The notes under the pieces: model-generated | Databases searched by the model: none | What the model was told of the DNA's origin: nothing | Seen by the model: the letters and a program-made list of their open reading frames with translations, nothing else | Shown: in pieces, positions 9,008 through 19,696 of the stretch | How positions within the stretch are numbered: the stretch's first letter is position 1 | Layout of the letters: every line of letters starts with the position of its first letter | Made by a program: the position numbers and the translations under genes | DNA from: Gonapodya sp. JEL0774 | Lineage: Eukaryota | Assembly: GCA_027604505.1 (NCBI GenBank) | Contig: JADIIX010000042.1 | Location: forward strand, 124,001-163,175 | Length of the DNA stretch: 39,175 bases | Direction: 5' to 3'

Positions 9008-12000
9008 TTACTCCACCATCAACCCCTCCTTCTCCTTTCCCCCCTCGGCCGCGGCGACGACCCCGTGCTCCTTCTGCCACCGCAGTGCCTGCGCGTTTTG
9101 CCAGCGGAGAGCCAGGGGGACGAACGAGTAGAGAAGGGCCCCCACGGCGAAGAAGATGGTCGACAAGGTCATGCCGGGGACGTACTATTTGGGGAGGGAG
9201 GGGATTGGGATATGAGGACCGAGGAAGAGGGGGGGAAGGGTGACGGCGACACCAACGTACCTGCGGCGCGTCAGAGTTGGGGAACAGGAACGGACTAGGA
9301 TCGGACGACGGCGATTGCACCGAGTCACGAGTCACGAGTCACGAGTGTACCGTTCAAGGAGGTTGCAGTCGCAGGTCCAAGTCGTACATACGTCCGTTCC
9401 GACGTGCCAATGTGTACAAGGGATTGTCAGTTTGGTTTCTTCGTGTGCCCCACACCCCCAACCCCCGACACACTCCCTCCCCACACTCACGCGATGATCG
9501 ACGCAATGGCCTGGCACACCAGCAAAGACGAGATTCCAATACCGACCGACGTGGCGCCCTTGAGCGTGGTTCCGCCTGATGCGTGTTTGGGTACGCACAC
9601 GTCACCGTTTGAGCAAAGCAAATGGGGAAAGGGGGGAACGGTGAAACAACTCACGGAAGTTTACAAACACAGGGTACGCCCCGACTTGCAAGGTGGTGAG
9701 GAAGTACAAGCCGTAGCGGGAATTGTTGGAGATGAAGCCGGCGCTGGATGGGGGGGAGGGAAGGGATGGGGGGAAGCAGAGTGCAAGAAAGTGGGGGGAA
9801 AATTGATCGATGAGCATGATGAGATGGAAATGCGCACGTGTGGAGGAGGGAAGGGAGGGCGTGCACGTAGCGCGGAGCCGGACGGTAGCTTACCTGGTGG
9901 CGCTCGGGGGGTCTTTGGCGGCGAAGGCTAGTTGTGCGACGCAGGGGCAGAGGAGATGCAGGAGCGAGGGACGGGTAGCAGCGTGAGTATTTCGTTCAAG
10001 TACGCGTTCTCATACGCGGCCCCGTGCAAAACGCTCGAAGTGTACTTACTCAGAATAGCGTACCCCAGCGTCGTGGTCAGACACGGGATGATGCCGTGCC
10101 AGACTCGCTCACGCGTGTAGTCGCTGTGTCGGCCTGAGAAACAAACGCGACACAGGGGGGGGGGGAGAAATACAAATTAAAACGTTAGTCTTCATGCAAT
10201 ACGACCCCGCAGGAAACGGCGAAACGGGTTCATAAAACCCAAAAGAGTGCCCGAAAACTCAGAACTCACTCCAGCAGATATAGTAGACTCCACCAGCAAA
10301 GTTGGGCCAGGCTGATGCGAGGTTCTGTTGGAGCAAGGGGTTGAGGGAAAAGCGCCGCGTTGTTTCAGAACCTAGGAGGTTCCGTCACGACCGCAATTGA
10401 ACACAGAACTCACCGCCGAGAAGGGCGTCGTGAAGCCCAGACCACTGTTTATGGGTTGAAAGGGGTTTGTCGTGGTTTCCAAGATATGTGAGTTTGTGGT
10501 TCATGGGAAACAACTTGGATGGTTCACAAGTCGTACGAACCCGAGGATAGAGGGCAAGAAGTTGGCAGCACCAAGAATACCGATGGACGCGCAGATGTAG
10601 GTGAGCATGAACTGAGATGATGTAAAAATTTCGGCGACAAGAGCCGAGGGAGGGTGTGACAGAGTCGTTAGCGAACCACACGCTCACGCAATCACACCAG
10701 ACACGATCAGAACGTACGAGCCAGTGAGCGGGTTGGCAGAACACAGAGATAGCCTCCTCCCACACAAAGGTCTTATCGTGCATGGACGGTGCGTGGTGGG
10801 GAAGACGGCGGATTGCGATGCTGAGAAGAGCGACCAGCGGCGGCACGGTGAGGCGAAGCGACAAGAGAGGCGAGTTCTCTTTCTGCCCTGGCTCACTCAC
10901 TCTTGCTCTTCAGGTGTCAAGTACGTCGTGGGGGTTTGTGGGAATTCCAACAGAAGGAAGAAAGCCCCAACTCCGAGTAAGACAGCGGGAATACCCTAAG
11001 GAAGCGAATGTCAGTGACGAACACACAGTTGTCCGGCTCGGCCAAGTCACAACAACAAAATACAAGAACTTTTATCGCACCTCAATCTAAGATTGGAGTT
11101 GGATTGGAGTTGAACGTGGTTAGCTGGGGGTGGCTTGGAGTGACAACCGTTTGCGATGAACTCACAATGAAGACCCATTGCCAAGCCTTCAAGCCAGCCA
11201 CTCCGTTAAGTTGTTCCATTGCGAGCGCAAGGAGACCAGAGATACCACCTGGATGTGAGAATGATATGTTCATGCGGAACGTGTTCGAAGGCGACCGTGT
11301 ACAATGGGATAACGAACCAGCGAATCCTGACGCAGAGTAGAAAACACCGTTGCGGAACGCCTTCTCGGTAGGTCTTAATTTTTTGTTCACGTCTCAATGC
11401 CAGGTATACCTAGAGACAGCTCGACGAGGGTACTCACTTGAACCAGAAGCTGCAGAGTTCACACGAGGAAGTTTAGGCACTCGAGATCCCCAATACAAGA
11501 CTTTCACACAAGAAAATAGCCATCAACTTACGAGAAATAGTAGAAAACACCAGGGATGAGGCCTGCCTCGCACAGACCGAGGAAGAAACGGGCGGCGATA
11601 AGGCCAGCGGCGTTCTTCACGGCTGCCATGCAGATGACCACGATTCCCCAAGTAACCATCTGTATACAAAAAGTGCTTTAATGCTGACGAAGATCTGATT
11701 GGAAATGTACCGTCTGGAGGTCGGGACACGTACGATTCTGGAAAGCCTGCGACACAGAAAGAACGGGTTAGGGCACATCAGCACGAGACCATCTGGCATA
11801 AATGAAAGCCGCGACGTACCAAATTCGAGCCGAAAAGCGTTTGAGACTGGTAGAGAAAAAAAATGGAGGTCAAGTTTCATTTCGGGTCGGGAAGTGCGAA
11901 TATCACTCGAACAGGGAGTGTGTACGCACGCAACATTGCTGGGAATTTCACCGACAAGGAATCCGAAGAAAGCTATAGAGATGGCCCAGTTGTACTCCAC

Positions 12001-12651
12001 ACCTTGAGTTCCGAGACTGATTTCGATCGAATCAGGGGTCCTGTGTATCGCCATCTATGTGAGAACAGCCCGTTTCCATGGCACAGCGTCTTATCTCACT
12101 TCGCATTCAGCACTTTGACGTTGGCCAGGTTCACTCTGTCAATGTAGGCGATGATGTACTGGGCGGCGGAGAGCGGGGAAACTTCTATGAGAACAGCCAA
12201 GGACTGGTGAATATCGGGAAGAAGATCAACACACCATAAGCCAGCAAATAAGAGTTATGCGAAGGTCGAGCTTGCGAACTAAGACGGAGATCAGCTCCTT
12301 TGTCGTACGCCTCATAAAAGAAGAAGTTGTTACAAACCAAGCCTTCGCTCGACGGCGGGGTCCCAGGTAACCGGCGGTCTAGGAGCAAGAGTAGAATGAG
12401 TTCTTGTCCTTTCGGAACTACAGCTGGAATTCCACACACTTACAATTGCTGATCCTCTTCCGTTTGCAGAGTCCCTTCGGTGCTTCTCGCGGGCCTCCAA
12501 AAGTTGCGAATATCATAGTTACCGGTCTCCACAACTTCTCGGGAGCTAATTGAGTTGGGAGATTGAAATGTCCGGGTGTCACATTCGGAAAGGGGGAGAT
12601 GGCGCTTCCCGCAAGCACATAGGCTGAGAACACGAACCCAAAGTAAGGCAT
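9008..12651 (-). CDS. MFS transporter, anion:cation symporter (Tna1/Dal5-like) family, paralogue 1 (24 exons by manual splicing)
   Basis: Starts MPYFG. Motifs RKLDLRI, YIDRVNL, EIPSN, RFFLGLCEAG, GLKAWQWVFI|IE|GIP, HSDYTRERVWH, PFLFPNSDAPQ|YVPG. Ends ...KEKEGLMVE* (TAA at 9008-9010). Aligns exon by exon with paralogue 2. Confidence 0.9.
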
Positions 12652-13281
12652 TGGTGCGAAAGAACTTGCAGTTCAGAAATTCGACTGCAATCGCGGAATA
12701 AAAAACGAGAATCGAGAATAGAGCGATCTCCTATCGGAAATTCATTCCAGAGGCTAATAAATGGGCGTCTCCTCACTCCTTCGGCAATATTCAGGCCGCT
12801 CCCCGAAATGTTCCCCCAGAGGCTTTGGCCAGCTCAATTCAGTATACTTGATGCTCTAATACAGAATACACAGGTCCATAAAACGTCGGGTTCTCTCCTC
12901 TCAAACTGGGTGTGAAGCTTGTTCCACTGATGTGATCAAACCCCAAAGTTGTCAAGGTATCCAGGGAGACAGTCCCCCATGGACCACAACCGCAAGAGTC
13001 GAGATGGCACCACTGAGGTGTTACTCAAACTTCGCACAAGATTGTTTAATTTAGCGCGAGCAGAATTATTTGTGCGCCTCTTGTCATCGTTTGGGAAGAG
13101 GAGCGCGAGGAGGCAACCGTCCCGTGGGTGACCTCAAAAAATCGGGAGACGGGGTGCCATGCCGCTTTTGTTTGATCAAACCGTAAAAGTAATCAGGCTA
13201 ATCTACATTGGAGAATGCTTGTGCAGAAGATCTGCGATATAACGGGGCTTCCCACTCGCTCGTGTTCAAATATTGTAGGGA

Positions 13282-13402
13282 GGAAACACACTGGAAATTG
13301 GGTGTGTCTGTTGAAGTTTAGAATGCGACACATTAAAGTTCGGGAAACACACTGGAAATGGGAACGGTCTATTGGAGTTTAGAATGCGACACGTTTAAGA
13401 TC
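13282..13402. repeat. Tandem duplication (two units of about 61 bp) just downstream of the MFS paralogue 2 stop codon
   Basis: ggaaacacactggaaat...gtct.ttg.agtttagaatgcgacac occurs twice. Confidence 0.85.
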
Positions 13403-13452
13403 TAATTTCTAAGAGCCGCTCCCGAAAAACGATACGAATTCTCCAAAAAAAT

Positions 13453-16373
13453 TTAAATTGCCTCTTTCTCCTTCTCCTCTCCATGCTCAGGCGAACCGTT
13501 CTCAGCGAGCCACTTTCGAGCCCGAGAGTTTTGCCAGCGGAGAGCGAGGGGGATAAAGGCGTACAAGACAGCACCGGCTCCAAAGAAGGCGGTAGAGAGA
13601 GTCATGCCCGGAACGTACTGAGGAGCATCACTGTTCGGGAACAGGAAGGGCCTGTCAAACAAGTTGGTGGAATGTAAATTTTAGTTTTCAATGTTCGCAC
13701 GCTGAAAAGGGATTCGAGAACATACGCGATGATGGATGCGATAGCTTGGCACACCAACAGAGACGAGATGCCGATTCCCACAGACGTAGCACCCTTGAGA
13801 GTGGTTCCACCTAAGGTGTGAATCCAGTACGTTTAGTAGGCACCTCAACCAAGCAAATCAAGAACGACCCCCAACACCAACACTCACGGAAGTTGACGAA
13901 CACAGGGTAAGCTCCTACTTGAAGACTTGTTAAGAAGAAGAGGCCGTATCGGGCGTTGTTGGACATGAACCCTGCGCTGGTGGCGGTTACAGGATCTCTA
14001 GCGGCAAGCGCTGTTCGCGATCGAGTTGAAGGTTCACATTCACATCGATCGTTAAATCTGTGGTCGCATTGTGCAACTCACTTTGGAAGATGCTACCAAT
14101 AAAGGTGATGAAACAGGGGAGGATCCCGTGCCAGACGCGCTCACGGGTGTAGTCACTGTGCTTACCTGTAAGCAATCAGAATGATTCAGCGAAATTATAC
14201 TGAAAATGACACATAAGCAGCAGAGACTCACTCCACACAATGTAGTAAACACCTGCAGCGAAGTTGGGCCAGGCAGACGCCAAGTTCTATGTGATAAGAT
14301 GGGGCGAAAAGTGTGGAAGCCGGCAATTAAGACAATGTCTCAGCTGAATAGATCTCCCATTACAAATTGCTCACAGCCGAGAAAGGAGTAACATATCCCA
14401 AGCCACTAATTCAAACGGAAGATGCAGTGTTCGATTAGTGGGACATTCTCCAAGTGCAATTGCTCTCATTACAAACTCACCCAAGGATTGAGGGCAGGAA
14501 GTTTGCGGCACCCAAGATACCGATTGATGCACATATGTACGTGATCATGAACTGATGTTGTGACGATTCACAAGTGAGAAAAAGAAAGACTGCTTCACAC
14601 AGAGACACCCACAAGCCAGTGTGCGGGCTCCATGAATACGGAAACGGCCTCCTCCCAGACGAAGGTCTTGTCGTGCATGGATGGCGCATTCATGGGGAGA
14701 CGGCGGATGGCAATGCTGCGAGAAGTGACAAGTTCTAGGTCAGGCACAATCGGAAACTCATAGAGGCGGAAACTCACTCTTGCTCCTCAGGTGTGAGGTA
14801 GGTGGTGGGGGACTGAGGGAACTCCAGCAAGAGGAGGAATGCCAAGACGCCGAGGACAACGGCGGGGATACCCTGTCATTCGGAATACAAGAATGAGCGA
14901 AAAGCATCTGTGCTGTAGATCAGTTCTGAGTTCGCACCTCAATCTAAAGAGTGAAAACTTATAGTTAGACCGTGAATTTTCTGTTAAGCCACGACAGCAA
15001 CTCACAATGAACACCCATTGCCACGCCTTCAAGCCAGCCACTCCGTTCAATTGTTCCATGGCGAGTGCGAGGAGACCGGAGAAGCCACCTTATAGAGAAT
15101 CCTCAATGTTAGCAACTCGCGTAAAAGTATAATTCTGAGACTATGCTTGAACACACCAGCGAATCCTGAAGCGGAGTAGAAGATACCGTTGCGGAAGGCC
15201 CTCTCAGTTGGTCTGTTGGGCGAGTAGTGGTGAGGGTTCATGTTTCATGAAGCAATGTTACAATAGAAAGGACTCACTTGAACCAGAAACTGTTTGGCGA
15301 GTCAAGATTGATTTGAAAGTGTGTGAGACCGAAGGGCCGAGAAATATCTTGATGAAGAATAACTCACGAGAAGTAGTAGAAGACACCGGGGATGAGACCC
15401 GCCTCGCAGAGTCCGAGGAAGAAACGAGCGGCGATGAGACCAGCAGCGTTCTTCACGGCTGCCATGCACATGACCACAATTCCCCAAGTAACCATCTAGA
15501 GAGTGGCAAGGTGTGCACCAATGTTTAGTCACATCCCAGCACGTCATCATATCAAGGTGGCAACTCACAATTCGGGACAGCCAAATACGGGCAGAGAACT
15601 TTTTGAGACTAGAGGGCAGACAGCAAGAGCAAGAAGTGGGTTATACACCCTCAGCGAGCAGAAAAGCAAGGTGTTTACTCACGCAACGTTGCTGGGGATT
15701 TCACCGACAAGGAATCCGAAGAAAGCGATCGAGATAGCCCAGTTGTACTCCACACCCTGAGTCCCGAGACTGATTTCAATCGAGTCCGGAGATCTGAAAA
15801 CTCGCGATCGGTGAGAAGACTTTGATTGATCGATATCCTAAGAGTCATACTCACTTAGCGTTGAGCACTTTTACGTTGCCCAGGTTCACTCGGTCAATAT
15901 AGGCAATGATGTACTACACAAATCGAAGCATCAGCGAGGTGAATGGGAATTCGAAATTGGACAACCAGCACACCATCAGAAAAGTCATCAAAGTGATTCG
16001 AAGGTCGAGTTTGCGGACTGGAATAGAACATGTTAAAGTGACGTCACACAAAAGAGAGCAAGTACACTTACCGAGTCTGCGCTCCACGGCAGGGTCCCAA
16101 GTAACAGGTGGCCTATCGACGTCTCCATTGAGATAAAAAAGCTGCATCCCATCTGCTCCTTTTCCACTCACAATTCCTTGTCTTCCTCGGTCACAAGAGC
16201 ACCATCAGATGTTCTGGCCGGTCGCCAGAATAATCGCAGGTCATAGCTGCCCGTCTCTACGACATGGCGAGGACTGCGTGGGACAAGGTTGGATCAGAAG
16301 GGGAAGATGTATCCCACTGAGAACATCCTGGGACGGATTTGATAGAATCCGTAACGCACCCGAAGTATGGCAT
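13453..16373 (-). CDS. MFS transporter, anion:cation symporter (Tna1/Dal5-like) family, paralogue 2 (21 exons by manual splicing)
   Basis: Starts MPYFG (ATG at 16373), carries the same motifs as paralogue 1, and ends ...GEEKEKEAI*. All 20 introns are GT-AG and sit at positions shared with paralogue 1. Confidence 0.9.
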
Positions 16374-17880
16374 TGTTGCAGTAAGTGGCTTGCAAACAAG
16401 GAGTAAAATTGCCGAGGAAACGGACTGCTCCTATAATGGGATGGTGTCTCAGATGATTTTACTTATCGCGTCGGAAAGAAAAAGAGCGGACAAGTAGCCG
16501 AAGGGCGGCCTCACGATACTCCGATGACCTGAGTCAAATTCCAAATTGGGATACACAAAAAAAAAAGATTAACCCCAGGAAGAAACAGAAATTACAAGAA
16601 AGAAGGCTGCGACACTTGCTTCCTCATATCCCCGCAAGAATGCAGTGAATAAAGCGGTATCCGGGAATGCCACGGTTATTCTTTGCCATCGTTGTGTTCG
16701 ACTGTTCGTTGCACAATAACAGTAATTTTGCAGACGACAAGAGTTATAGGCTGGATAAACCTCCAATCTATATATAGAATAATGGCCAATCTGACTGCTT
16801 CGGGCAGGGGGGAGGATAAATTGGATTTGTATACATATTAAAACGACCTGAGTGGTGGTGTCCAATTAGACCCCGCCGCCAGGAGCCTCTACTGTGGAAA
16901 ATCCAAAATACTTAGAAACGTTTGTCGTTGTTTGAGCGATTTTTCTCTTTGCTCTTTTTTGTTTCCCATCAGAGACGAGTCGGATAGAAGCATGACCGCC
17001 CGGCCGCGCACAGGCGGGGTTGGACCCCTACACGGAAGAGAGGCACACATCTCTCCCTCACTCGGAGATTCCCGTTCTTGTCCCATCAGTCTTTGCACCT
17101 GTGTAATAATGAGCGGATAATTGAGACAGTAAAAGTACCATTTACTCTCATCCTCAACCGAGTCCCGCCCAGTCTCGTGGACGAGAGTCCTGCAAATGGC
17201 TTTCCGAACATCTCCGGATAATTCTTACAGCTCAATATTACGAATCCGAAAGCTTTTTTCTTGGCCGATCGCCGTTGTGTGACGTTGCTGAATCAGAACC
17301 ACGTTTCCGAGGATTCGGATCGTTTGTTGGGGGGCAGGGGTGGGGGGCAAGGCATTTCTCCACTTGATTAATTCCCGACAGGGAGCACACTACTCTACAC
17401 GTGAATATATGTACATACATATATTCTGAAAAATGTGATGTGCATACGAATGAACCACGTTATGTATCCGGTACTAACGTTGAAAAGTGCTCCGAACATG
17501 TACTCAAATGGTTTCGGGATGTTGTCGGACGTTTCACATTGACCGTACCATGAGTGAATGATAGTATGAAAATGCCTCCGTGAAGTTGCAACGTATCACC
17601 AGGTTCCCAATGTAAGTTCTCGGTCAAACCCAAACTCACACTGTCGTGTCCTTCGATGAACAGACGATCCTTATTGGTAGTTTCATTTGAGCTTGTCTTT
17701 CTGTGAGATCCTGTAACTCAATTGAATCAAAGTATTTGCTTACTTGGTGTATGGGACCGCTGAACGGTTACCACAACAATGTATCAGAATTGAAGACACT
17801 TCCAGAGCGGGATGGCACCTGGGTTATACTTCCGTTCCATTGAGGAAGTTTTGAGGACTGAAGATGATCGACATTCAGGG

Positions 17881-17914
17881 GCAAAACCAATGCTGGTGCA
17901 AAACCAATGCTGGT
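17881..17914. repeat. Perfect 17-bp tandem duplication
   Basis: gcaaaaccaatgctggt occurs twice. Confidence 0.9.
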
Positions 17915-18148
17915 GCTTGAATATCTGCCCATACGACGAGGAGTGTCAGTTGCGCTCGCTCCAACGAGAGGTCATCACATCTCTTAGACGTGAGCAGCAG
18001 AATTTTAGCAAACCGAATAAATGGAGTGGTGCGACAAGCAGAACGTGTATGAGAATATCTAAATATTTACAGTGGGGATTCTCGATGGTATCCTTCGTCA
18101 ACTTCGCAAGTCCTTGCACGAGAGCGCCATCTTCTCAGTCTCAAAAAA

Positions 18149-18614
18149 CTACTTTCCCAACGTCTTGAAAGCATCCAAAGTGTCCTGATAGGATTCAGTG
18201 AAGACCGTGTGATCTCTGTTTTCCTTGGACAGAACAGCAACTTCACTGGAGATGGCAGCCTGCACTGGCAACGATGCTACACGGTTTTGAAGCTGCACAA
18301 GAAGAACGCATCATATGCAGAGATGTGGGGAAACGGTGCGTGGCAAGGTGAAAGCTCAAGCTCACCTTGGGGTCCGCTGCACTATCATGGGCATCCGAGT
18401 CTCCAGCACCATCAGCATCAGTTCTCATTCCAACCATACGAAGTGTGGCTGGTGAATTGAGCTGCTCAAGAAGGTCTGCGTCACGAGCTTTCTGGCGGGA
18501 CCCTTGCTGACTTTTGGACTTTCTGATGTCTTTCGTGGGTCCCGACCGAGAGGAAGGGGAAAATCTTTGCGCCTTGGATGCTGATTTGACACTTGAAGAA
18601 GCCTTGCCGGTCAT
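18149..18614 (-). CDS. Small hypothetical protein (130 aa) with a basic N-terminus, divergent from RLP24
   Basis: Exons 18614-18366 and 18292-18149 are separated by a 73-bp GTGAGC...TGCAG intron. They give MTGKASSSVKSASKAQRFSPSSRSGPTKDIRKSKSQQGSRQKARDADLLEQLN...ADPK|LQNRVASL...YQDTLDAFKTLGK*. No family recognised. Confidence 0.55.
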
Positions 18615-18735
18615 TCTTCGTCTAATGGCACAAGTTAGCTCGTAAAACTTCCGTTTCCTGAAACAGCTCATTGCTTTGGTCAACCAAATGAGAAAATGAG
18701 CTCCCAGCAGAAGCAAAAACTCTCCAACCTTCACG

Positions 18736-19534
18736 ATGGTCCGTCTTGAAAAGTGCTACTTCTGTTCGTCGACGATATATCCGGGACATGGCATCGCATT
18801 TGTGCGAAATGATTCAAAGGTGAGATTGACGGGGACGAGTTTGATGGCAGGGATTGGCTCTTATTGAACTCTCTTCCCACTTCCTCTTGCATACTTCACC
18901 AATCGGGGACTCCAAACTTGTTGGATTGAAAGATCTTCCGATTCTGCCGGTCAAAGTGTCACAAAAACTTCAAAATGAAGAGAAATCCCAGAAAAGTTCG
19001 GTGGACCAAGGCGTTCCGAAAAGCGGCTGGCAAGGAGATGATCATCGTGAGCGCGACAGCAGATATGCGTGTGCCCAGCTTGCTTGTCCTGAACTTGGCA
19101 ACCGGACTTGTCTCCTTACTCTTCGCGCCAGGATTCCACTTTCGAGTTCGAGAAGCGACGAAATGTTCCTGTTCGTTATGATCGAGAGACGATGGCTACC
19201 ACCATCAAGGCTATGAAACGGGTCATGGAAATTCGAAGAAAGAGGGAGCGAGCTTTCACCATTAAGCGGTGAGTCATTTCGCTCCCTCACAAACGTCGTG
19301 TCAAACCCACGGACTTACCGACACCTCTGTGGCGTCACCCTCAGCGTCTCCGCTGCACTCCAAAAATCTCGCACTGATTCACTAAAACTTCTCCAGAAAG
19401 ACCGCGAGTCCTTTGGACTCCAAGTTAACCTGGTGTCTTCGAAGACCAAGCTCGGAGCGGAGGGTGCCAAGGAGAAGCTCAAGAAGGAAAAGGTGTCGAC
19501 GGTGCAGAAGGCGGTGGACATGGAAATTGTGTAA
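18736..19534 (+). CDS. RLP24: Ribosome biogenesis protein Rlp24 (eL24-like, RSL24D1)
   Basis: Exons 18736-18819, 18933-19046, 19132-19268 and 19345-19534 give [85 protein letters not shown]... Confidence 0.95.
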
Positions 19535-19696
19535 CGAGGGGAACTCTAGATGCTAATTATCATTTGTACATAATAGGAAAATTTCATACCCAAATGTTCG
19601 CCTGCAAGGAAGGTATTCCGTGTGGATCTGTACTAACTTTGCAATTATCTTCGGGAATAGATGATCAAGTGGAATTCTCGGAGTTGCTGCTCCTGC

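Noticed and set aside
13282..13402. Direct repeats here and at 38386-38458 as a CRISPR-like array
   Set aside because: Only 2-3 units, no repeat-spacer organisation, no cas genes, and a eukaryotic context.
17403..17426. Inverted repeat gaatatatgta-ca-tacatatattc
   Set aside because: Short, AT-rich and low complexity. No supporting context for a functional call.
17812..18168. 118-aa plus-strand ORF
   Set aside because: No recognisable motif, it contains a 17-bp tandem duplication, and its end overlaps the better-supported minus-strand gene.
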